DNA from: Pseudomonadota bacterium
GTDB taxonomy: Bacteria; Myxococcota; JACRCW01; JAFGSX01
Reading direction: 5' to 3'
DNA: 52,216 nucleotides
NCBI GenBank assembly: GCA_043821645.1
Contig: JBDRCO010000136.1
Coordinates: 1-52,216 of the forward strand
The notes under the pieces are model-generated. The model saw nothing but the letters and a program-made list of their open reading frames with translations, did no database searches and was not told the DNA's origin. Each line of letters opens with the position of its first letter. Positions within the stretch are counted from its first letter, which is position 1. Below are positions 12,054 through 21,424 of this stretch, one piece after another. The translations under genes were made by a program, and so were the position numbers.

Positions 12054-12668
12054 ATGATGCGAATGCATGCCATGCAGGGTCTTGGAGTGGTGGGCTTGTG
12101 TGCGGCGCTGGCCTCGGGATGTTGCCCGGAGCTGCGCGAGGTGGCACAGCGCGAGGCCATCGATGCCATGCCGGCAAGCGGCACCACGCAGCACTTCAGC
12201 TTCACCACCGAGGACTGCTTCGACGAGCAGAAGGAAGTTCTGCTGGCGGTGCTGTGGAAGGGCGGCAAGCAGAAAGCCACGGTCGCGCTCAATGAACTGG
12301 AGATCGCGAAGTTCCCGGAGCAGACCTGCGACCTGCTGGAGCAGGCCGTGCAGGCGCTGGGTGATGCGGTGGGCGGTGCCATCGACGACGCCATCGGCGA
12401 TATCGGCTGCCTGTTTCACGTCGTCCAGGGACCCGAGTTTACCCATGACGACCAGGTGCTGATCCAGGACCTCAAGAAAGAGGGCTTCAAGTGGCAGCTG
12501 TTCAAGCTGAGCAAGGGCTCGGTGCTCAACGGCAAGAACGACCTCAGCTTCGTCGTTGCCAACAGTGATCAGCAGTGCACGGGCGAGGACAAGCGCACGA
12601 CGACTCGCATGGCCTACGTGCTCATCTCCGACGTGGACAACGCCTGCGACGAGAAGTTTCGCAAGTAG
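12054..12668 (+). CDS. Putative lipoprotein, unknown function
   Basis: Hydrophobic leader ending LASGCC, several Cys, coding-like codon use. Start Met is uncertain. Confidence 0.7.
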   Translation: MMRMHAMQGLGVVGLCAALASGCCPELREVAQREAIDAMPASGTTQHFSFTTEDCFDEQKEVLLAVLWKGGKQKATVALNELEIAKFPEQTCDLLEQAVQALGDAVGGAIDDAIGDIGCLFHVVQGPEFTHDDQVLIQDLKKEGFKWQLFKLSKGSVLNGKNDLSFVVANSDQQCTGEDKRTTTRMAYVLISDVDNACDEKFRK

Positions 12669-12674
12669 GACCCG

Positions 12675-13469
12675 CTAGCCGTACAGAAGGTAGCTCAGCC
12701 CGATCACGCTCCCTCCGGTGGCCGCGTGCAGCGCCACACAGGGCCACACGCTCCGGCTGCGCCATGCCAGGTAACCCAGCGCCAGCCCACCCGGGAAGGA
12801 CAGGAAGAGTTCTCCCAGATCCTTGCTCACGTGCACCCATCCAAAGACCCAGGCTTGTACCCCCAGAGCCAGTAGCACGCGCCCGTCGACACCGAGCCGT
12901 GCAGCGGGCCCTCCTGCGCCGGCAAGACCGAGTGCACCTGCCAGCCTTTGCCACCCGGAGGCATGGTCCATCGGCAGGGGAAGCGCTGGCCACGGCGGAC
13001 GGACGCCCAGCGCCAGGCGTAGCACCGCACCCTGGATGCAGATGTGCTCGGCCGTGATCACCAGCACGAAGCGCACAGCCGGTCCCCCCAGGCCCCCGCG
13101 CAGCATGGGCTCGTAGTAGTCGCGGAAGCTGGGGCGTGACGCAAGCCACCACAGGAAGGGCAACGCGCCCAGGTAGGCCAGGCCCGCCAGGCGCCATCCC
13201 GCCCGGGAGCCAGGGCCGAGCAGGCTCGGGGTCCCCTGGCGCGAGGAGAGCAGCAGCAGCACGGCCGGCAGCAATCCCCCGAGCACCAGACTGGCGACGA
13301 CCCACGACCAGATCCCCGGCAGCCCTGTCCAGGCGCTCACCGTCGAGAGCACGAAGCGGCGGCTCATGCCGAGCTCCTGGGGCCAGGACCCCGGAGGCTT
13401 GAACCAGAACAGCGACACCCACAGGGTACCGACAACCGTCGCGACGAGAGGGCGGGCCAGGGCGCGCAT
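12675..13469 (-). CDS. CPBP (CAAX/Abi) family intramembrane metalloprotease-like protein
   Basis: Multi-TM protein with degenerate EE motif (AEHICIQG), FGWVH, and WRSRSVWPCVALH. Confidence 0.75.
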   Translation of the reverse strand: MRALARPLVATVVGTLWVSLFWFKPPGSWPQELGMSRRFVLSTVSAWTGLPGIWSWVVASLVLGGLLPAVLLLLSSRQGTPSLLGPGSRAGWRLAGLAYLGALPFLWWLASRPSFRDYYEPMLRGGLGGPAVRFVLVITAEHICIQGAVLRLALGVRPPWPALPLPMDHASGWQRLAGALGLAGAGGPAARLGVDGRVLLALGVQAWVFGWVHVSKDLGELFLSFPGGLALGYLAWRSRSVWPCVALHAATGGSVIGLSYLLYG

Positions 13470-13620
13470 GTGGGCATGTTGGCGCAAAGGCGGCAGTGGA
13501 GGTAGCGAGAACGGTTCGCACACCTCTGGCCGCGGCGACGGCGCCGTCTCCGAGGGCTCGCATCTCCGCACTGGTATGGCCCCTCCGATCGTCGTAAAAA
13601 CACCGGCGGAGGGTCCACCC

Positions 13621-14460
13621 ATGTCCAAGGTGCACACCGGTCATCTCAAGAATGCGCGAGGTCACAAGCTGTTCTGGATGCGCACCGAGCCCGATGGCAA
13701 GACCCTCGGCTCCGTGCTCATCGCCCATGGCTATGCCGAGCACAGCGGTCGCTATCGCAACGTCGTCGACGCCCTGGTCCCGGCGGGGATACAGGTGTTC
13801 GGGATGGACCTCGAAGGGCATGGCCAGAGCGAGGGCTTGCGCGGCTACGTCGAGAGCTTTGGCCACTACGTGGAGGACCTGCACCAGTTCTATGCAGAGC
13901 AGATGGTGCCGCGGCTGGCTGGCAAGAAGCTGTTCCTGCTCGGCCACAGCATGGGTTCGGTCATCGCTATGCACTATGCCGTGCAGCACCACAGCGAGCT
14001 CGCTGGCCTGGTGCTGTCGGGCACGGGAACGAGCCTCGCGGGGACACCCAAGATCCTCACCGCCGTTGCCAGTGTGCTGTCCAGGGTGGTGCCCAAGCTC
14101 GGCCTCAAGTCGCCGCACAAGAACGACTTCATCAGCCACGATCCCGCGGTGGTGCAGGCCTACACCGACGACCCCCTGGTGTATGCGCCGCACATCACGG
14201 TGCGCCTCGGCGCCGAGTTCTACCAGGCCTGCCTCGACGGGGCGAAGGCCGTGCAGGCCCTGCGCCTGCCCATGCTCATGCAGTACGGCTCGCTCGACAC
14301 GTCGTTTTCGGGGCAGCAGGCACTGTTTGATGGCTACCAGGGCAGCGACAAGACCCTGCACTGCTACCAGGGGGCCAAGCACGAGTGCTACAACGAGCTA
14401 CCCGAGTGGAAGGACCGCGCTCTTGGGGACCTGTGCGGCTGGGTCGTGAAGCACGTGTAG
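13621..14460 (+). CDS. Lysophospholipase / monoacylglycerol lipase (alpha/beta hydrolase)
   Basis: HGYAEHSGRY, DLEGHGQS, GHSMG nucleophile and KHE. GGAGG SD. Confidence 0.9.
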   Translation: MSKVHTGHLKNARGHKLFWMRTEPDGKTLGSVLIAHGYAEHSGRYRNVVDALVPAGIQVFGMDLEGHGQSEGLRGYVESFGHYVEDLHQFYAEQMVPRLAGKKLFLLGHSMGSVIAMHYAVQHHSELAGLVLSGTGTSLAGTPKILTAVASVLSRVVPKLGLKSPHKNDFISHDPAVVQAYTDDPLVYAPHITVRLGAEFYQACLDGAKAVQALRLPMLMQYGSLDTSFSGQQALFDGYQGSDKTLHCYQGAKHECYNELPEWKDRALGDLCGWVVKHV

Positions 14461-14462
14461 GT

Positions 14463-15629
14463 TTAGCCCCTGCGCCGCTCCGGCAGCAGCCCCTCGTACT
14501 TGGCGATGATGCCCAGCATGACCTCGTCGGCCCCGGCGCCGATGCTGACCAGGCGCGCGTCGCGGAAGTAGCGCGCCATCGGGTACTCCTCGCTGTAGCC
14601 CATGGCACCGTGGAACTGCAGGCAGGTATCGGCGACCTCGCGCGCCAGGCGGCCAGCTTTGAGCTTGGCCATGCTCACCTCGCGGGTCATGTCCTCGCCG
14701 GCGACCAGGGCGCGGGTGCAGTGGTAACACAGCTGCCGCACAGCCTCGACCTCGGCGAGCAGCTCACACAGCTTGAAGTACACCCACTGGTTCTCGACGA
14801 TGGGCATGCCGAAGGTCTTGCGCTCGCGGCAGTAGCCTATGGTCATGCGGATGATCTTCTCGGCACCCGACACCGTGAGCAGCGAGCCGACCAGTCTCTC
14901 CTTCTGGAACTGCATCATCTGCAGGATGAAGCCCATGCCTTCCTCGCCAATGCGATGGGTCACGGGAATGCGAACGTCTTCGAAGGACAGCTCGGCGGTA
15001 TCACTGGCGTGATTGCCCAGCTTGTCGAGGGTACGACTCACCTTGAAACCCGGAGTTGTCGTGGGCACCACCACCAGCGACATGCCGCCGAAGCCTCGAC
15101 CCTCGGTGGTGCGCACCAGGGCCACCACGAAGTCGGACTGGGCACCGTTGGTGATCCACATCTTGCTGCCATTGATGACGTAGTCATCACCATCGCGCAC
15201 TGCGCGGGTGCGAATAGCCGCCACGTCGCTGCCGGCGTCGGGCTCGGTGATGGCGATGGCCGCGATCAGGTCGCCGGCGATGGCAGGTGCCAGAAAACGC
15301 TTCTTGAGCTCGTCGCTGCCGTGCTGGGCCAGGGCAGGTGTCGCCATGTCGGTGTGCACGGCCAGGCCCATGGGCACGCCCGCGCAGTCGGCCTTGCCGA
15401 GTTCTTCGGCCCACACCACGTTGTACCAGTAGTCCAGGCCCATACCGCCGTACTCCTCGGGGTAGGACATGCCGAGCAGTCCCAGGTCACCTGCCTTCTT
15501 GAACAGGCGGCGACCATCGAAGCGCTTGGCTTTCTCCCAGGCGTCGACCTGGGGGTTGATCTCCTCCTCGACAAAGCGCCGCACGGTGCGGCGAAACATC
15601 TCGTGCTCTTCGTTGAAGTACAGCGACAT
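14463..15629 (-). CDS. Acyl-CoA dehydrogenase
   Basis: AITEPDAGSD, NGSKMWITNG, FQKERL, QFHGAMGY and RDARLVSIGAG. Confidence 0.95.
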   Translation of the reverse strand: MSLYFNEEHEMFRRTVRRFVEEEINPQVDAWEKAKRFDGRRLFKKAGDLGLLGMSYPEEYGGMGLDYWYNVVWAEELGKADCAGVPMGLAVHTDMATPALAQHGSDELKKRFLAPAIAGDLIAAIAITEPDAGSDVAAIRTRAVRDGDDYVINGSKMWITNGAQSDFVVALVRTTEGRGFGGMSLVVVPTTTPGFKVSRTLDKLGNHASDTAELSFEDVRIPVTHRIGEEGMGFILQMMQFQKERLVGSLLTVSGAEKIIRMTIGYCRERKTFGMPIVENQWVYFKLCELLAEVEAVRQLCYHCTRALVAGEDMTREVSMAKLKAGRLAREVADTCLQFHGAMGYSEEYPMARYFRDARLVSIGAGADEVMLGIIAKYEGLLPERRRG

Positions 15630-15774
15630 GGGGCACCCCCGGTGGCATCGTGAAGACGCCGGGCTGGAGCGCCCTGTACGGGGCGCGGCGACCAGGGACC
15701 TTACACCAGGCGCAGGTGCTTGCGCCACGACCAGGCTCGGGATAGTTCAAGCGTCGAAACACACGGGAGGTCAC

Positions 15775-16548
15775 ATGGGCGCACAGGAACTGATCGCGAA
15801 ACTGCGTGCGTTGGGCAAGCCCGCCACGGCGCTCATCTACAGCAGACATGGAGTCCTCGACGAGACCTTTGGCGTGACCTATGCCGATCTCAAGAGGATG
15901 CTCAAGACGCTGCGCGTGGACCAGGCCCTGGCCCGGCAGCTCTGGGAGAGCGGCATTCACGACGCCAGGGTGCTGGCCACCCGGGTCGCGGATGCATCCC
16001 AGGTGACCCGCGACGAACTCGAGAGCTGGCTCGGCCAGGTTCGCGACCACATCACGGTGGATTCGATCTCGGCGCTGGCCGCACGCACACCCCAGGCCTG
16101 GAAGCTGGCCCAACGCTGGATCCGCAGCCGTGACGAGTGGGTCAGTGCTGCGGGGTGGAACGTGATTTCCATCCTGGCCATCGAGCAGCGCCTCGAGGTG
16201 GAGTCGGCGGATCGGCTGATCGAGCAGATCCGCGAGACCATCGCGCGCGCCAGGAACAGGACCCGGCATAGCATGAACAATGCGCTCATCGCCATCGGTG
16301 GCAGCATCGCCGAGCTCACGGACGCGGCACTGGTCGCGGCGCACGCCATCGGCGAGGTCGAGGTGGACCACGGTGAAACCGGGTGCACGACCCCCGACGC
16401 CGTTGCTTACATTCAGAAGATGCGTGCTCGCACGCGGATCACCGGCACCCGCAGCAAGCCAGCACGCAAGTCGGCGAAGAAGCCGGCAAAGAAGCCGGCA
16501 AAGAAGGCTCGCAAGCCAGCGCTCGACCGACGGTCAGCGAGGAGCTAG
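15775..16548 (+). CDS. DNA alkylation repair protein (AlkD-like HEAT fold) with basic C-terminal tail
   Basis: LARQLWESGIHDARVLA, MNNALIAIG and VEVDHGETGCTTPDA. GGAGG SD. KKPA tail. Confidence 0.82.
   Translation: MGAQELIAKLRALGKPATALIYSRHGVLDETFGVTYADLKRMLKTLRVDQALARQLWESGIHDARVLATRVADASQVTRDELESWLGQVRDHITVDSISALAARTPQAWKLAQRWIRSRDEWVSAAGWNVISILAIEQRLEVESADRLIEQIRETIARARNRTRHSMNNALIAIGGSIAELTDAALVAAHAIGEVEVDHGETGCTTPDAVAYIQKMRARTRITGTRSKPARKSAKKPAKKPAKKARKPALDRRSARS
16477..16509 (+). repeat. 12-bp tandem repeat AAGAAGCCGGCA (about 2.5 copies) encoding KKPA
   Basis: Exact copies at 16477-16488 and 16489-16500, with a partial third. Confidence 0.85.
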
Positions 16549-16580
16549 CCGGGCCGACCACGGTCGAGTTCGGGACGGGT

Positions 16581-17117
16581 TCAGGCCTCGCTCTCGTCCA
16601 GCTCGATATCCACCATCAGATCACTACCGATGATCTCGAGGGCCTCGCTGAGGGCCCGCACCGTGAGGTCCTCTGGCAGATGCAGGATGGCGCGGGCGTG
16701 AAAGGTCGGGGTTCCACTCATCGGAGCGCCGGCCAGTTCGGTTTCCAATTCGTCGATGTTGACCCCGCGCGCGGCCAGGGCCGAGGTCACGGCGCGAACG
16801 ATCCCGGGTCTGTCGTAGCCCGTGACTTCGAGCAAGGCTCGCCGTCTCCTGGCCTGCACCGGGACGTCGCTGGCCTGCTGCAGGGTCATCTGCAAGCCCT
16901 CGGCGCTCATGCCTTCGAGCCGTTCCCGCAAGGCTGCCAGGCGATCCTCGGGCACCTCGACGCGCAGCACTCCGGCGAAGTAGCTGGCCAGGTGGGCCAT
17001 GCGACTCTCGAGCCAGTTGCCTCCGTGCTCCTCGACCTGCCGTGACAGACGCTCGACGAGCCCTGGCCTGTCGCGGCCGATGACGGTCATCACGAGCTGA
17101 ACCGACGTGCTGCTCAT
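16581..17117 (-). CDS. Tandem ACT-domain protein, GcvR-like
   Basis: TVIGRDRPGLV...GNWLESRM and EVTGYDRPGIV...VNIDEL. Confidence 0.88.
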   Translation of the reverse strand: MSSTSVQLVMTVIGRDRPGLVERLSRQVEEHGGNWLESRMAHLASYFAGVLRVEVPEDRLAALRERLEGMSAEGLQMTLQQASDVPVQARRRRALLEVTGYDRPGIVRAVTSALAARGVNIDELETELAGAPMSGTPTFHARAILHLPEDLTVRALSEALEIIGSDLMVDIELDESEA

Positions 17118-17144
17118 GGCTCCCTCTTGTGCTGGTGACGGGGC

Positions 17145-17174
17145 ATTGTAGGAGCGCGAGGTCGTTGCGTGCAA
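17145..17174 (-). promoter_or_regulatory. Sigma70 promoter TTGCAC-N18-TACAAT for the ACT gene
   Basis: Near-consensus -35/-10 on the minus strand, 27 nt above the start codon. Confidence 0.6.
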
Positions 17175-17197
17175 TGGAGCGCAGCAGCAGCGACGGT

Positions 17198-18178
17198 TCA
17201 GCGCGAGAGCAGGGCTTGGAGCAGGACGTCGAGACCCAGGGCGGCGACGCACAGGACACCGAACAGCAGGTTGAGCTGGGCCGTGGCAGCGTCGAGGGCC
17301 AGGAACTGCAGCGGGGGAGGTGTCCCGGCCCTATCCCGGCTGCGCTGGATCAGGGTAAGGGCACGCGGTAGGGCTGCGAGCACGATCAGAAAGCTCGCGG
17401 GCATCGCTGGCTGCAGCCAGCCCACGGCAGAGGCACCCACCAGGGCGAGCACCAGCGCGAAGGGAACCAGCAGCAACAGAGCGTAGTAGCTCGCGGCTCC
17501 GCGATCCGAGAGCAGCCCGGCGAGGGTGCGCACTCCGTGTTCGCAGTCGCCGCGACGGTCGCGCCAGTTGTTGGCGTGGAGGATGGCGCTGACCAGGATC
17601 GCAATGGGCACCGACCACAGCACCGGGGTCCACGACGGTTCTCCTGTTTGCACCACCCAGGCCCCGAGGGATCCCAGCACTCCGAAATCCAGGAAGACGG
17701 CCAGGTCGCCCAGGGCCAGCCGCTTGAGCGAATGTCCGCCCACGCTGTAAGTGACGCCGATGGCCAGTCCGGCCAGTCCTATCCACAGCAGCGCCCAGCC
17801 CACCACCCAGGCCACCACAAGGCCGATCCCGGCCCCCAACCCCAGGCACAGCGTGGCTCCGAGACGCGCCTGTCGCACGGTGATCCATTCCCTGACCACC
17901 GCGCCGCTGGCGGGGTTGGTCAGCCTGTCCACGCCCTCCGCGTAGTCCGTCGCATCGTTCAGCAGGTTGGCGCCGGCGTGAAGCAGGACCACCGCGAGCA
18001 CGCTGAGCACGAACAAGCCCGGGCGCAGGCTGGCTCCACCGACCGTGATGGCCGCCACCGAGGCAAAGACCACGGGCATGATGGAGGCCGGAAACGAGAA
18101 GGGACGTGTTGCCACGCGCCAGGTGGCGAGGGCCCCCGGGCGTGGATCGGATCCGCTGTCGACGTGAATGGCGCTCAC
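17198..18178 (-). CDS. menA: UbiA-family prenyltransferase, MenA-like (DHNA polyprenyltransferase)
   Basis: ATRPFSFPAS, NLLNDATDY..GVD, YS, LGDLAVF and ILHANNWRD...D. GTG start with GGAGG SD. Confidence 0.8.
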   Translation of the reverse strand: MSAIHVDSGSDPRPGALATWRVATRPFSFPASIMPVVFASVAAITVGGASLRPGLFVLSVLAVVLLHAGANLLNDATDYAEGVDRLTNPASGAVVREWITVRQARLGATLCLGLGAGIGLVVAWVVGWALLWIGLAGLAIGVTYSVGGHSLKRLALGDLAVFLDFGVLGSLGAWVVQTGEPSWTPVLWSVPIAILVSAILHANNWRDRRGDCEHGVRTLAGLLSDRGAASYYALLLLVPFALVLALVGASAVGWLQPAMPASFLIVLAALPRALTLIQRSRDRAGTPPPLQFLALDAATAQLNLLFGVLCVAALGLDVLLQALLSR

Positions 18179-18220
18179 ACGGGCCTCCGCGGTGCACAGG
18201 TGGAGCCCGGCGCACCTCGC

Positions 18221-18269
18221 TTGAAGTTTTTAAAGTTTAAATGTATTTGAACGATATGAACACCGTCAA
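18221..18269. promoter_or_regulatory. AT-rich divergent promoter/operator between menA-like and polyprenyl synthase genes
   Basis: Minus strand TTGACG(18269-18264)-N18-TACATT(18245-18240). Plus strand TTGAAG-N17-TATTTG. Palindrome TTTAAA-G-TTTAAA at 18229-18241. Confidence 0.6.
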
Positions 18270-19314
18270 GGCACTTGAGCAGCTGGCTTTCCCGGGACCC
18301 AGTCCGATCCTGGTGTGGGCTCAACCGCTGCGCGATGCTCTCGAGCGGCAGCTCCAGCAGCTCAACGAGGGCTCGACCCTAGGAGCTATCGCGGAGGATC
18401 TCTTCGAGGCCGGGGGCAAGCGCCTGCGGGGCTTGATGGCAATGAACATGGCGCAGGCCTTGCGGCTTCCCGGCGAGCACGCCCTGTGCCTGGCCCGGGT
18501 GGTGGAGCTGGCGCACGGTGCAACCCTGCTTCACGACGACGTGATCGATGAGGCCGCTCTGCGTCGAGGCCGTCCGGCGGCCCGGGTTCGCTGGTGCAAC
18601 ACCCTGAGCGTGCTGGCTGGCGACTACGTGCTTCTGCGCGCCCTGAGGGCTGTGGAGGAGCTCGCCACGCCGGGACTGATGTCGCTGTTCCTCGAGACCC
18701 TGGACGAGGTGATCGCGGCCGAGGCCCTGCAGCACGTGCAGGCCGAGCAGGGGAGTACGGACCTCGATGGCTACCTGGCCATCGCCGAGGGCAAGACGGG
18801 CTCCCTGTTCGGGTTTGCCTGCGCGGCGCCTGCGCTGGTGGCGGGTTCGGCGCCACGCTCCGAGGTGCTCGGCCGAGCAGGCCGTCATGCGGGGATCGCA
18901 TTCCAGATCCTGGATGACCTGCGCGACGTCGTCGCGGGCGATCCGACCAAGCAGGGTTTGCAGGATGCCTTCGATGGGGTGCTGAGCCTTCCCCTGCGCC
19001 TCGCCGCCTGGCAGCACCCGGAACTCGCGCGCGCCCTGCACCGGGCCAGGCGCGGTCAGCTCGCCACGGAGCGAGTCCAGGGGCTCGTGCAGCGACACGT
19101 CAACGGCGAGATCCTGGCTCGGACCCGGACCATAGGTCTCGACTACCTGGAGCAGAGTGCAGTGGTGCTGCGCTCCTACCCGCAGCTGGGCATGGCGAAC
19201 CCCCTGCGGGCGCTGCACGACTGGATCCGTGGGGCGTTCGACGCCCTGTCCCCAGCGTCCGGCGCGGTGAAGTCGCGATGGGCACCCTTGCCCGAGCAGC
19301 ACCCGGGGGCGTAG
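18256..19314 (+). CDS. Polyprenyl diphosphate synthase
   Basis: GGKRLR, LLHDDVID..RRG (FARM), GKTGSLF and FQILDDLRD (SARM). Start may be 18241. Confidence 0.92.
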   Translation: MNTVKALEQLAFPGPSPILVWAQPLRDALERQLQQLNEGSTLGAIAEDLFEAGGKRLRGLMAMNMAQALRLPGEHALCLARVVELAHGATLLHDDVIDEAALRRGRPAARVRWCNTLSVLAGDYVLLRALRAVEELATPGLMSLFLETLDEVIAAEALQHVQAEQGSTDLDGYLAIAEGKTGSLFGFACAAPALVAGSAPRSEVLGRAGRHAGIAFQILDDLRDVVAGDPTKQGLQDAFDGVLSLPLRLAAWQHPELARALHRARRGQLATERVQGLVQRHVNGEILARTRTIGLDYLEQSAVVLRSYPQLGMANPLRALHDWIRGAFDALSPASGAVKSRWAPLPEQHPGA

Positions 19315-19322
19315 AAAGAGGC

Positions 19323-19871
19323 ATGCCAGCCCGCCCACGCGTCGAGGTGAGATCTGCACCCTGGCACCAGACCGTGCTCGAGGCCGTGGGGCGGACCATC
19401 GATTACTGGGGTTTCAAGCGCAACCACGGACGCCTGTGGACCTTGCTGTACCTCGAGGACCGCGCCCTGGACGCCACCACCATCGGCCGCCGGCTCGGAT
19501 TGAGCAAGGGGGCGGTGAGCATCGTCCTGCGCGAGCTCGAGGGCTGGTCGGTGGTGCGGCGGGTGGCCGCCGACAATCGCTCCGGCGTGGCCTACGCCGC
19601 CGAGCGGGACCTCTGGCTCATGATCGAGACCGTGCTCAGGCAGCGCGAGGCCAGGCTTTTTGGCCAGGTGCGCGATGATCTGCGTCGCGCCGAGCGCGAG
19701 GTCGCCGTCGATCCAACCCTTGCGGTGGCGGAACGCCGACGCATCGCGAGCCGCATCCGGACCTTGCGAAGGCTTGCCGACCTGGCCACCGGCGCCCTCA
19801 CCGTGCTGCTGCGATCGCGCCGTCTGGACCTGGGCCCCTTGCTCGGAGTGATAGGCCCCAGCCGGAAGTGA
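19323..19871 (+). CDS. GbsR/MarR-family transcriptional regulator
   Basis: WGFKRNHGRLWTLLYL, wHTH LGLSKGAVSIVLRELEGW, and YAAERDLW. Confidence 0.82.
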   Translation: MPARPRVEVRSAPWHQTVLEAVGRTIDYWGFKRNHGRLWTLLYLEDRALDATTIGRRLGLSKGAVSIVLRELEGWSVVRRVAADNRSGVAYAAERDLWLMIETVLRQREARLFGQVRDDLRRAEREVAVDPTLAVAERRRIASRIRTLRRLADLATGALTVLLRSRRLDLGPLLGVIGPSRK

Positions 19872-19972
19872 TCTCGGTGACGCAGGGCCCACGGGTCCTT
19901 CCTGCGGTCGACGGTGGCGCCTGTCGTGCACTCTTGCTACACGCAGGACAAACCTCCCACGGAGATCTCGTC

Positions 19973-21400
19973 ATGCAGCCGTCGACGAACGAGAGTCCCT
20001 CGGCGCGCGCCATGGCGCGCTACCTCGAGCAATCGCCTGGCCTGCGCCGCCCCCTGCGTGCAGTGCCGGTGCCTGGTCTCCCCACGCTCCCCGATCTCAA
20101 GAAGCTGGCCCGCGACCGGCGGGCGGCCGGACAGCCCGTGGTGGACCAGTCAGCCGGCGATATCGACGACGTGGGGCAAGCCCTGGATCCTGGCTTCGTC
20201 GCCTGGATCGAGCAGGCCCGGGCCGATCTGGTGGCGGCGGGTCACAGCGTGTTCCGGGTGACCCACGGCGATGCCTATGGCTTCCCTGCCAACTATCAGC
20301 AGCAGTATCCCGTGGTCGTCGAGCAACTGGCGCGCAGCTGGGGGATCCAGTCCACCCCCTACAAGGCGGTGCAGACGGTGTCCGGCCGCACCGCCATAGA
20401 CCAGGTGCTGCGCGGTATGCTCGAGCGCGCGCGTGCAGGCCGCGGCGCGGCGAATCCCGCCATCATCGTCGACACCCTGGCCTGGTCCGGCTACCAGCCT
20501 CTGGCCGAGGACCTGGGTCTCGCCATCGTGCACATGCCGGCCGTGCCCGCGCATGGTCTGTCGTCGTCGGCCGAGGGTCTGGCGGAGGCCATCGTCTTCT
20601 GCCGGGAACAGCAACTGCAGCCCGTGGCGGCCATTCCCATCGTGCCCTCCAACCCGACCGGGGTGGGCATCTCCGCCGAGAAGCTCAAGGCCTTCGTCGA
20701 GACCGCCGCCGCCGCCGACCTGCCCGTGCTGGTGGATGCGTTCTACTCGCCACTGGCCCCCGAGGGGCACGCCCAGGCCGTGCCCCTGGCCTGGCTGGAG
20801 CAGAACCTGGCTCCCGAGGCCCTGGCTTTTCTCGGCGTGCTCGTTGGCGAGACCAAGGTGACCAGCTCGCAGAACAAGACCTCGACGGTGATCTGGATGG
20901 CGCCCCCGGGACACGACGATGTGGCCCGCCGGATCATCGGAGTGATGTTGCGCCGGCTCACCTCCACCAATACTTATCCGCGCCCTCAGGAGGCTCTGGT
21001 CGCCTATGCGCTGCATAGTTTCGCGGGCGGCATCCACGCGGCCATGGGGCCACGCTATCGGGCCCTGGATGCAGCACGGCAAGCGATGCGCGAGACCTGC
21101 GATTCGCTGGGCTTGCCCCTGAGCATCGGAGGCTCGTTCTATGGCACCGTGGCGCTGGTCGACGCCGAGGGGCAGGGCCTGATCCGCGACATCCACGGCA
21201 CACCCCTGACCGACCCTCGCCAGATCTGCGAGCTGCTGATCCGGGAACATGGCCTGGTCGGCGCGCCTGGAGGGATGTTCTCGTCAGCGCCCGAGGCTGC
21301 TGCCATGGCGCGGCTGACCGCTGCGGTCACGCTCGACGACGTCAAGCGCGTGCGCCATATCTTTGAGCAGCTGCTGCACAAGGCCGGCGTCCGGGGCTGA
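19973..21400 (+). CDS. Atypical PLP-dependent aminotransferase class I/II-like enzyme
   Basis: PSNPTG, VDAFY, GETK (probable PLP Lys), GSFY, PGGMF and ARLT. GGAG SD. Confidence 0.75.
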   Translation: MQPSTNESPSARAMARYLEQSPGLRRPLRAVPVPGLPTLPDLKKLARDRRAAGQPVVDQSAGDIDDVGQALDPGFVAWIEQARADLVAAGHSVFRVTHGDAYGFPANYQQQYPVVVEQLARSWGIQSTPYKAVQTVSGRTAIDQVLRGMLERARAGRGAANPAIIVDTLAWSGYQPLAEDLGLAIVHMPAVPAHGLSSSAEGLAEAIVFCREQQLQPVAAIPIVPSNPTGVGISAEKLKAFVETAAAADLPVLVDAFYSPLAPEGHAQAVPLAWLEQNLAPEALAFLGVLVGETKVTSSQNKTSTVIWMAPPGHDDVARRIIGVMLRRLTSTNTYPRPQEALVAYALHSFAGGIHAAMGPRYRALDAARQAMRETCDSLGLPLSIGGSFYGTVALVDAEGQGLIRDIHGTPLTDPRQICELLIREHGLVGAPGGMFSSAPEAAAMARLTAAVTLDDVKRVRHIFEQLLHKAGVRG

Positions 21401-21424
21401 GTCCTCGCCCCACAGGTGACGAAC

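Noticed and set aside
9736-12177. 813-aa antisense ORF over prkA, and similar long antisense ORFs (12622-14382, 26112-28052, 33369-35282, 24707-26257)
   Set aside because: Shadow ORFs expected in high-GC DNA opposite genes with clear motifs. Their translations have no recognisable domains.
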